Below, piece by piece: positions 9,467-17,331 of a stretch of 64,000 bases of DNA. The translations under genes were made by a program, and so were the position numbers. Every line of letters starts with the position of its first letter. Position 1 is the stretch's first letter. This DNA is from an uncultured Rickettsiales bacterium (lineage in GTDB: Bacteria > Myxococcota_A > UBA796 > UBA9615), in contig CAYFOA010000020.1 of NCBI GenBank assembly GCA_964344575.1, positions 691 through 64,690 on the forward strand, read 5' to 3'. The notes under the pieces were generated by a model. It was not told the origin of the DNA and ran no database searches. It saw nothing but the letters and a program-made list of their open reading frames with translations.

Positions 9467-10066
9467 ATGACCCCGACGTTGAAGCTCGTGCCTGACCCCG
9501 CACCCGCCAAGCCGAAGACGAACGACGAGGACATCAAGCTCGTCGCGCGCACCGATCGCGATCGGGCCTTCTCGATGCTCGTCGACCGGTACCGGGATCG
9601 CATCTACTACCACGCGCTGTACATCACCAAGGACAGCGAGGAGGCGTTCGACGTCGCCCAGGACGTGTTCGTCCGCGGCTACCACGAGCCCCGGCTCTTC
9701 AACGACGAGTTCCGCACCAAGGCGTGGCTGTTCCGGGTCTGCACGAACCGCTGCTACAACATCGTCCGCGACCGGCACCGCCGCAGCGGCATCCTCGACC
9801 GGCTGGGCAAGGCCACGGTCGTCCTCCAGGAGCAGCACAAGGCCATCGACGACGTCATGGCGCGCGAGCTGTCCGAGGGAATGGCGGCGGCGATGGAGAA
9901 GCTCAGCCCGGAACATCGTACGATCCTCCTGCTGAGGTACTACGACGACCTGTCGTACAAGGAGATCGCGGACGTGCTGGACGTCAAACTGGGGACCGTC
10001 ATGAGCCGCCTCTCCCGGGCCAAGGTCCGGCTCGCGGCCGTCATCGGGGAGGATCTGCCCGCATGA
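9467..10066 (+). CDS. ECF RNA polymerase sigma factor (RpoE/SigW-like)
   Basis: AFDVAQDVFVR, KAWLFRVCTN, LSYKEIADVLDVKLGTVMSRLSRAK. Confidence 0.95.
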   Translation: MTPTLKLVPDPAPAKPKTNDEDIKLVARTDRDRAFSMLVDRYRDRIYYHALYITKDSEEAFDVAQDVFVRGYHEPRLFNDEFRTKAWLFRVCTNRCYNIVRDRHRRSGILDRLGKATVVLQEQHKAIDDVMARELSEGMAAAMEKLSPEHRTILLLRYYDDLSYKEIADVLDVKLGTVMSRLSRAKVRLAAVIGEDLPA

Positions 10067-10704
10067 ACTGTTGGCGCGTGGGGAACCTGATCGCCCCCTT
10101 CATCGACGACGAGCTCCCCGACGCGGAGAGCGACGCCGTCGCCACCCACCTCGAGCAGTGCGACGCCTGCGCCGAGTCCGTGGAAGCGGTGGCGTCCCTG
10201 CCCGAGTTCGAGCGCGTCGCCGTGGACCCGAAGGTCGAGAAGTCGCTCTTCGCCGAGTTCGACCGCTGCCTCGCCGAGCGCATCCGGCAGTCGCTGGTGC
10301 CCGCCGAGGACGAGGCCGCCGAGCTGGCCCCCACGGGGACGTTCGGGGGGCTCATCCGGCGCGAGGTCCGCGTCCCCGTCGCGCTCGTCGCCGCCTACGC
10401 CGGCGTCGCGCTGATGCTCGGCGGCGGCATCATCCTGAACTACCAACGGGTCGCCGACCTGCAGATCGCCGTCGGCGAGCGCGACGCGATCATCGACAGC
10501 ATGCGCGTCCGCCTCGCCGCCGCCGAGCGCGGCGACGACGACTTCACCCTCGTCTCCCGCGACGCCGCGCTCGACGAGCAGCCGAACGTCGTCTTCTTCC
10601 CGTCGGGCGTGACCACGACCGGCCTGCCCGCCGCCGCCGCCCAGCCGGTGATGCCGGCCTCCTTCCAGCTCGGCCCCGCCGAGTCGCCGCGGGTCGTTCA
10701 GTAG
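10063..10704 (+). CDS. Zinc-binding anti-sigma factor (zf-HC2/ZAS) with single TM helix
   Basis: ATGA overlap with the sigma stop; MNC...FIDDEL...HLEQCDAC (HxxxCxxC); TM VALVAAYAGVALMLGGGIIL. Confidence 0.9.
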   Translation: MNCWRVGNLIAPFIDDELPDAESDAVATHLEQCDACAESVEAVASLPEFERVAVDPKVEKSLFAEFDRCLAERIRQSLVPAEDEAAELAPTGTFGGLIRREVRVPVALVAAYAGVALMLGGGIILNYQRVADLQIAVGERDAIIDSMRVRLAAAERGDDDFTLVSRDAALDEQPNVVFFPSGVTTTGLPAAAAQPVMPASFQLGPAESPRVVQ

Positions 10705-10711
10705 CGGGCCG

Positions 10712-11971
10712 ATGCGCCACCTGACCGTCCTCGCTGCGGCGCTCTGCCTCTGCGTCCTTCACGTCGCCGCCGCGCTGGCCGAAGAGCCGCTCCGGGGGGA
10801 CTTCCCGCCCCGCGCCAACGACGAGGCGAACGCGCCCGGCGGCGATCTCGACGCGGCCGCCGCGGAGGATCTCGCCCGCCGCGTCCACGCCCTCCTCCTG
10901 GAGCGCCTCGGGCCCGACGTCGTCACCGACGCGGAGCTGTGGATGGGCGCCGTGCAGGGGATGCTCGACGTCGCCAACCGCGCCCACGCCGACGGCGTGT
11001 CCCGCACCCAGGCGGCCCTCCCCCCGGCCAACATGCTGATGAACGCGGACGACGCCTCCCGCCTCGGGGACGCGCTCCGGGGGAACCTCAGCGGCGTCGG
11101 GATCGAGTTCAAGCTCTACTCCCGCCCGGGCGTCCTGGTCGTCTCCCGCGTCCTCCCGGGGAGCCCTGCGGAGGCGGCGGGCATGCTCGCCGGCGACCGG
11201 ATCGTGGCGCTCGACGGGCGCGGCCTCGCGGGCCTCGACCTCCAGGGCGTCCTCGGCCTCCTCCAGGGCGACGAGGGGTCGCAGATCGCGGTCCAGTTCC
11301 AGCGCGGGGACGGCCTCGCGGTGGGTGCGTTCGCCGTCGGCGTACAGCGCGCGGCGTTCCAGGTCCGGTCCACCGTCGACGAGCTCCGGCACGGCGGCGT
11401 GGGCTACATCCGCGTCTTCGGCTTCCACCGGGGGACCCCCGTGGAGGTCAAGGAGGCCGTCGAACGGCTCGAGAAGCTGGGCGCCGATCGCTACGTCCTC
11501 GACCTCCGGAACAACCACGGCGGCGACCTCGTCGGCGCGTTCGGCGTGGCGGACCTCTTCCTCAAACGAGGCACCGTGCTCGGCCGGATCGTGGAGCCCG
11601 GCGTGGGCGAGCAGGACGTCGCCGCCGAGGCGAAGCCCGTCACCGACGCGAACCTCGTCGTGCTGGTCAACGCGTGGACCCACGGCGCCGCCGAGGCCGT
11701 CGCGGCGGCGCTCCAGGAGCACGACCGCGCCTACGTCATCGGCGAGCCGACGATGGGCTCGGCCCGCACCGAGACCCTCGTCCAGGTGGGCGATTCGCTC
11801 GTCCTGCGGATCGCGTCGGTGCGCCTCCTCACCCCCACCGGGCGGAGCTGGCAGAGCCGCGGCGTGCTCCCCGACCAGCCCTTCTGGGGCCCCGGCGACG
11901 AGGACGAGGGGTCGGCCAACGACCAGGCTTTCGACATGGCCGTCCACTACCTGGAGACCGAGGGGGGTTGA
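10712..11971 (+). CDS. S41/CtpA-like PDZ protein, predicted catalytically inactive
   Basis: Signal peptide; LSGVGI PDZ loop; GYIRV..F, DLRNNHGG, TPTGRS...GVLPD. VLVNAWTHGAAE aligns to VLVNxxSASASE, and EPTMGSA aligns to ExTFGKG. Confidence 0.85.
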   Translation: MRHLTVLAAALCLCVLHVAAALAEEPLRGDFPPRANDEANAPGGDLDAAAAEDLARRVHALLLERLGPDVVTDAELWMGAVQGMLDVANRAHADGVSRTQAALPPANMLMNADDASRLGDALRGNLSGVGIEFKLYSRPGVLVVSRVLPGSPAEAAGMLAGDRIVALDGRGLAGLDLQGVLGLLQGDEGSQIAVQFQRGDGLAVGAFAVGVQRAAFQVRSTVDELRHGGVGYIRVFGFHRGTPVEVKEAVERLEKLGADRYVLDLRNNHGGDLVGAFGVADLFLKRGTVLGRIVEPGVGEQDVAAEAKPVTDANLVVLVNAWTHGAAEAVAAALQEHDRAYVIGEPTMGSARTETLVQVGDSLVLRIASVRLLTPTGRSWQSRGVLPDQPFWGPGDEDEGSANDQAFDMAVHYLETEGG

Positions 11972-12034
11972 GGGGCCGCGACCCGGTCGCGTAGACTCCC
12001 GGTCTGCATCTGGGGGATGCAGCAAAAGGACCGG

Positions 12035-13612
12035 ATGGCCAAGAGAAAGTCGCGCAGCAAGGCAGCGAGCGAGTCCGCGGGAACGGATCTGCTGGCCCAG
12101 CTGGCAGGTCTCGGTTCCGACGGCCGGACCGGGACGCTGCACATCGACCGTCCGCGGGGCGCGCGCATCGACGTGCACCTGATGATGGGGTCGATCATCG
12201 CCGCGTCGGGGCAGGACGACGACAAGGCGCTCGGCCGGATCCTCGTGGCCACGGGGGTCATCGACCCCGACGCGCTCGAGACGATCACGATGGACATCAA
12301 GGGGGACGAGGACTTCGCCGACCTCCTCGTCGGCGCGGGCGCGGTCCCCGGCGACCGGATGATGGCGGCGGGCCGGATGCTCTTCCACGACAACCTCGCC
12401 CGCGCGCTCGGACCGGACGGCGCGGCCGCGGAGTTCGAGGAGCAGGACGCCGTGTTCCCCTCGAACATGCAGCTGGGGCTGGACCGGGACGAGCTGCTCC
12501 ACGGCGTCGCCGAGTGGAAGGGGCGCGCGGCCGCGTTCCTGAACGGCCTCGGCGAGGACGGCGTCCACGCGGCGACGGGAGACTGCCCCGACGGGACGTC
12601 GCCGGCGGTGTGGGAGCGGCTGGCGCAGGCGCGGCCCCTGTCCGAGCTGATCGAGCTGGTGGGGACGTCCTACGTTCACGCCGCCGAGATGCTCGCGGCG
12701 TGGCTCGAGTCCGGGGCGGTGGCCCCCGCCGAGGAGGACGACTACGCCAAGGCCGCCCGCGGCGGCTTCGTGAAGTCGTACGAGGTGCTCGACAAGGTCG
12801 ATCTCCAGGGCGTGGCGATCATCGGCGCCGAGGCGCCCGCGCCCCCCTCGGGCTCCAGCATGGAGGCGATCGAGGCGGTCGCCATGGACGACGAGGACTT
12901 CGAGGTCGAGCTCGGCGACGGCGAGAGCGCCGACATGGAGGCGCTGATCGCGGACGACAGCGCCGACGTGGCCGCGGACGTGGACGCGGACGGCGACTAC
13001 GACCCCGACGACGAGCCGACCATGGCGGCGGCCCGGCCGAACCTCGAGCAGACCCGCCCCGACCAGGCCGCGCTCCGGCCCGACGCCCCGCCGCCCGGCT
13101 CGGGCGACACGAGCGAGCTCGGCGACGACGACTTCGCGATCTTCGACGGCGGACCCAGCAGCGGCGAGCTCGACGCGGTCATCGACGAGACGGGGTCGAT
13201 CAAGATCGGCCGGAGCGGCGGCCCGTTCACGCGCGAGCAGCTCAACGAGTTCGAGGGCCGGATCAAGGTCTTCAACAACATCTTCCGGGTGATCTTCGAG
13301 ACGTTCGCCGAGCACATCACCGAGGAGAAGTCGATCCAGCGGTTCAACGCGCTGCTGGGGAGCGGGCAGCGGCAGTACCCCGAGCTGTTCCGCGATCTCA
13401 GCGTCGGCGAGGACGGCACCGTCCCCACGAGCCCCCTGATCAACAACCTCGCCGAGTGCCCCCCCGGCGACTACGGCGCGCTCCTGCACCAGGGGCTCTA
13501 CGAGCTGATCTTCAGCCACCTCTACGACGCGAAGGACATGCTCCCGGGCGAGGCCGAGTCGGAGATGATGGAGAAGATCGTCATCTTCGAGCGCCAGCTC
13601 CACCAGATGTGA
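12035..13612 (+). CDS. DUF4388/PatA-N-like protein with long acidic linker and helical C-terminal domain
   Basis: RTGTLHIDR...DVHLMMGSIIAAS...LGRILVATG..LLVGAG pattern; D/E-rich centre; C-terminal ELFRDLSVGEDGTV...LYELIF. Start placed at ATG 12035 (AAGGA upstream); 12017 is possible. Confidence 0.6.
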   Translation: MAKRKSRSKAASESAGTDLLAQLAGLGSDGRTGTLHIDRPRGARIDVHLMMGSIIAASGQDDDKALGRILVATGVIDPDALETITMDIKGDEDFADLLVGAGAVPGDRMMAAGRMLFHDNLARALGPDGAAAEFEEQDAVFPSNMQLGLDRDELLHGVAEWKGRAAAFLNGLGEDGVHAATGDCPDGTSPAVWERLAQARPLSELIELVGTSYVHAAEMLAAWLESGAVAPAEEDDYAKAARGGFVKSYEVLDKVDLQGVAIIGAEAPAPPSGSSMEAIEAVAMDDEDFEVELGDGESADMEALIADDSADVAADVDADGDYDPDDEPTMAAARPNLEQTRPDQAALRPDAPPPGSGDTSELGDDDFAIFDGGPSSGELDAVIDETGSIKIGRSGGPFTREQLNEFEGRIKVFNNIFRVIFETFAEHITEEKSIQRFNALLGSGQRQYPELFRDLSVGEDGTVPTSPLINNLAECPPGDYGALLHQGLYELIFSHLYDAKDMLPGEAESEMMEKIVIFERQLHQM

Positions 13613-14249
13613 GCGCGTAGCGCACCAGCTCGTCGAAGGCGTCGATCCGGACATCCGCGTCGTCCGGCGCGTCCGGCGTGAAGCCCCCCCAGGAGCACCA
13701 CACCGACGTCATCTCCGCGGCCGCGGCCGCCTCGACGTCCACGTCCGAGTCGCCCACGTAGATCGACTCCGCGGGGTGCGCGCCGATCTTCCCCGCGGCG
13801 ATGAGGAGCATGTCCGGCGCCGGCTTCTTGGGGAACCGGCCGCCGCCGAGCATGAAGCCGAAGTACTGCGCGAGGTCGAGCCCCTCGAGGATCTCCATCG
13901 CCGGGGCGTGGGGCTTGTTGGTGACCACCGCGAGGGCGACGCCGTGGTCCTGGAGGCGCTCCAGGCCGTCGACCACGCCGGGGAACGGGGCCGTCGTGTC
14001 GAGCATGATCCGGCCGTAGTGGGCGAGGAACTCCAACACCAGCGGCTCGTCGACGGACGCGCCGGGATCCACGGCCTCGAGGCACCGGGCCAGCAGCATG
14101 CGGGCGCCGCGACCCACGAACGTCGCGATCCGGTCCTCCGGCAGCGCCGGGTAGCCGCGGTCCTGGAGCGCCCGGTTGGCCGCCTCGGCGAGGTCCCCGC
14201 GGGAGTCGATCAGCGTGCCGTCGAGGTCGAAGAGCACGCCCCGGGTCAC
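13581..14249 (-). CDS. gph: Phosphoglycolate phosphatase-like HAD hydrolase
   Basis: GTG 14249 in GTGA overlap with the MTase stop; FDLDGTLIDS, VVTNK, KKPAPD, YVGDSDVD. Confidence 0.85.
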   Translation of the reverse strand: MTRGVLFDLDGTLIDSRGDLAEAANRALQDRGYPALPEDRIATFVGRGARMLLARCLEAVDPGASVDEPLVLEFLAHYGRIMLDTTAPFPGVVDGLERLQDHGVALAVVTNKPHAPAMEILEGLDLAQYFGFMLGGGRFPKKPAPDMLLIAAGKIGAHPAESIYVGDSDVDVEAAAAAEMTSVWCSWGGFTPDAPDDADVRIDAFDELVRYALTSGGAGARR

Positions 14250-15139
14250 GGTGTCCCCCGGACCTTGGCGCGGTTCGCCGCCATGCGGGACGTCGCCCGG
14301 TCGAGGTCGTCGAGGCTGTGCTCCCCGCGGACCACCGCCGCGACCCGCTCCCGCGCCCACCCGGCGTACTCCCCTTCCCGCTCGCAGATCGCCCACCGCC
14401 GCCCCAGCAGCTCGCACACCACGGCCGTCGTGCCGCTCCCTCCGAAGGGGTCGATCACGAGATCGCCGGGGTCGCTGCTCGCCGCCACCAGCCGCCGGAT
14501 CAGCTCCTCGGGCTTCTGCGTGGGGTGCGGCGTCTTCTCCGCCATGCCGTTGTTGAGGATGGGGATCTCGAGGACGTCGCGGGGGCGCGCGCCGCCGGGG
14601 TGGGGGCTCCACGACGTCCCCGCCGCGCCGGCCCCCCCGAACTGCGAGCTCGCCCCCTGCTTCCGCTCCGGGTAGCGCTTCGTGTGGGCGTTGTAGGGGA
14701 CCCGCACCGCGTCGACGTTCATCGTGTACGCGCGCCCCTTGCGGAGGTGCAGGAGCGACTCGTGGCTGCGGCCCCAGTCGTCGCGCAGGTTCCCCTTGTT
14801 GCGGTACGCCCAGACCAGCCAGCGGCACCCCGTGAAGAGGTCGCCGGCCGCCCACTTGAGGTCCGCGAGCGCCTCGCTGAAGCCCATGACGTAGGCGCTG
14901 CCGGTGGGGGCCAGGACCCGGGCGACGTCCTCCAGCCAGCCGCGCGCCCAGCGGACGTAGTCCTGCCGCGAGTCCCAGGTGTCCCACCACGCCTTGGCGA
15001 TGCCGTAGGGGGGGTCGGCGACGACGAGATCGACGGACGCGTCGGGCAACGAGGCCAGCCACGCGAGCGAGTCGCCGTGGAGGAGACGGCCGAGGTCCGT
15101 CTCGAGGAGGAGCGCCGGAGCGTCAGCCGCCGAAGACAT
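14246..15139 (-). CDS. Site-specific DNA amino-methyltransferase (N6-A/N4-C), beta-class order, orphan
   Basis: DPPY near the N-terminus; HPTQKPEELIRRLV; DPFGGSGTT near the C-terminus. No adjacent endonuclease gene. Confidence 0.92.
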   Translation of the reverse strand: MSSAADAPALLLETDLGRLLHGDSLAWLASLPDASVDLVVADPPYGIAKAWWDTWDSRQDYVRWARGWLEDVARVLAPTGSAYVMGFSEALADLKWAAGDLFTGCRWLVWAYRNKGNLRDDWGRSHESLLHLRKGRAYTMNVDAVRVPYNAHTKRYPERKQGASSQFGGAGAAGTSWSPHPGGARPRDVLEIPILNNGMAEKTPHPTQKPEELIRRLVAASSDPGDLVIDPFGGSGTTAVVCELLGRRWAICEREGEYAGWARERVAAVVRGEHSLDDLDRATSRMAANRAKVRGTP

Positions 15140-17258
15140 CGTCCAGGGCGGCGAGCGCCGGGTCGGGGTTGCGCGCGCGCCACCAGGTCCAGCCGGGGGC
15201 CGTCAGCCCGATCGCGTCGACGCCCCACGCCGCCGTCCGATCCAGGAACCAGGCGCGGAGGGCGTCCGGGGGGGCGCCGTCCCGGGCCCGGGCGGTCGCC
15301 TCGGCGAGGATCGCGTCGCCGAACTCCATCCGCGCCTCGACCCCGAGGAGCGGCGAGCAGTGGAGCCCCGCGTCCGGCATCGACAGCCCCACGAGGGCGA
15401 GCGCCTGGCTCACGAAGTCCGACGCGATCGTGCGCGCCTGGGCGTCCGCCTCGGCCAGCGCGGCGGCCACGTCGTCGCCCGCGGGGACGATCGCCTCGGC
15501 GTAGATCTTCGTCTTCGGCTCCGTCCCCGAGGGCCGGATGACGAGCCGGTGATCCGGGCCGAGCTGGAACGCGAGGACGTCCCGGGCGGCGCGGTCCGTC
15601 CCCGAGACGATCGGCCCGAAGACGCCGTCCTCGTCCTGCCGGTCGGCGAACGACGTCACCGCGCGCCCGCCGATCTCCGCCGGCGGCGTGGCGCGGAGCC
15701 TCTCCTGGATCCCGAGGATCCGCTGCCGCCCCACCGCCCCCGCCATCACCAGCGGCATCTGCACGTTCGCGACGGCGCCGTGGGCCCGGTACAGGTCGTC
15801 CAGCGCGTCGGCCAACGACGAGCCCGCCGCCTTCCGCTCGGCGCAGAGCTCGGCGAGCACGAGCGCCGGGGGGACGGCGTCCTTGTCGCGGATGTCGGGC
15901 GTCAGCATGAAGCCGTGGGACTCCTCCGTCCCGATGAGGACGTCGGCGAGCGATCCCTTCACGTCGCCGCTGCGGCCGGTGGTCTCCAGGTCGCGCATGA
16001 CGCTCGCGATGTACTTGCAGCCGACGAGCAGGTGCTCGACCACCTGCCCCCTCGCGGCCCGGACGACGCGGCTGAAGAGCGACGTCGTGACCTCGGTCTT
16101 GATGGCGATCTTCCCCGGCGGCGCCCCGTCGAAGCGGGCGGCGGCGACGAGGCTGCTGAGCTCGTTGCCCGTCACGAACCGCCACGGCGCGTCCTTCGTG
16201 GGGCCGGGGAACAGCCCCCCGATCCGGTCGGCGTCGGGGTCGGTGGCGAGGACGAGGTCGGCGTCGATCTCCTTCGCCAGCGCCTCCGCCTGGACCAGCG
16301 CCGAGGGGTACTCGGGGTTCGGGGCGCGGAACCGGACCTCGGGGAAGAGCCCGTCGTGGGGCTTCTGCGACGCGACGTAGTGGACGTCGAACCCCGCCCG
16401 CTCCAGCGCGTCGCCGACGGACTGGTCGCCGACGCCGTGGAGGTTGCTGAACACGATGCGGGCGCCCCGGGCCGTCCCCCGGAGGACCTGCGACGACTCC
16501 GCGAGGTACTCGTCGTGCAGCGACGCGGGGAGGAAGTGGACCCGCCCCGTGGCCACCGCGTCGTCCCAGTCCATCGTCCGGACGCTGTCGACGCGCCCCA
16601 CGAGGCCCACCATCTGCTCGTCGTAGGGCGGCACCTCCTGGGCGCCGTGCTCCGTGTAGAACTTCCCCCCGTTGTCGTCGGGGTGGTTGTGCGAGGCGCT
16701 GACGTTGAGCCCGCCGTGGGCGCCGAGGCGGCGGATGAGGAACGACAGCTCGGGCGTCGCGAGGTAGCGCGGCTCGGACGGCTCGACCATGTGGACGGTC
16801 CCCCCGTTGGCGACGTAGATCGCCGCGCTGGCCCGGGCCAGATCGACGGACGTCATGCCCAGCAGGGGGTTGGGGACGTCCTTCGGGAACGCGCCCCGCA
16901 GGTCCCGGAAGACGCGCACGTCGGCGGCGATCACGACCGTCAGGGGGACGTCCGCGCCGAAGCGCCCGAGCAGGAAGTCGACGTTCCCCTGCACCGACGT
17001 CCCCACCGTCCACGGGTTCATCCGGTTGGGGCCCAGCCCGACGGGGCCGCGCCGCCCGCCGGTGCCGAAGGGGAGGACCCGGTAGAAGCTGTCGAGGAGG
17101 GTGTCCCAGGCGCCCCGCTCGATGAGCGCCTCCAGCAGCGGCTGGTAGAGGGCGAACTGCGGCTCGGTGCGCCACCGGTGGATCGCCGTCGCCGCGGCCT
17201 CGGCGTGGGCGGGATCGGCGGCGAGGGCGCTCAGGGCCTCCTTCAGCGTCGTCTGCAT
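15123..17258 (-). CDS. Phosphoglucomutase/phosphomannomutase
   Basis: FGTGGRRG, phosphoserine loop SASHN, DPDADR, TEESHG, IRPSGTEPK. Start ATG 17258. Confidence 0.92.
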   Translation of the reverse strand: MQTTLKEALSALAADPAHAEAAATAIHRWRTEPQFALYQPLLEALIERGAWDTLLDSFYRVLPFGTGGRRGPVGLGPNRMNPWTVGTSVQGNVDFLLGRFGADVPLTVVIAADVRVFRDLRGAFPKDVPNPLLGMTSVDLARASAAIYVANGGTVHMVEPSEPRYLATPELSFLIRRLGAHGGLNVSASHNHPDDNGGKFYTEHGAQEVPPYDEQMVGLVGRVDSVRTMDWDDAVATGRVHFLPASLHDEYLAESSQVLRGTARGARIVFSNLHGVGDQSVGDALERAGFDVHYVASQKPHDGLFPEVRFRAPNPEYPSALVQAEALAKEIDADLVLATDPDADRIGGLFPGPTKDAPWRFVTGNELSSLVAAARFDGAPPGKIAIKTEVTTSLFSRVVRAARGQVVEHLLVGCKYIASVMRDLETTGRSGDVKGSLADVLIGTEESHGFMLTPDIRDKDAVPPALVLAELCAERKAAGSSLADALDDLYRAHGAVANVQMPLVMAGAVGRQRILGIQERLRATPPAEIGGRAVTSFADRQDEDGVFGPIVSGTDRAARDVLAFQLGPDHRLVIRPSGTEPKTKIYAEAIVPAGDDVAAALAEADAQARTIASDFVSQALALVGLSMPDAGLHCSPLLGVEARMEFGDAILAEATARARDGAPPDALRAWFLDRTAAWGVDAIGLTAPGWTWWRARNPDPALAALDDVFGG

Positions 17259-17331
17259 GGCCGGGAACCATACCCGCCCGCCCGACACACTGCCCTTGTT
17301 CGGGGCACGGGATTCCTTTACGTTGCGCGCG

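Noticed and set aside
14246-15139. Restriction-modification or other defence system
   Set aside because: No endonuclease-like ORF adjacent; both neighbours are housekeeping enzymes.
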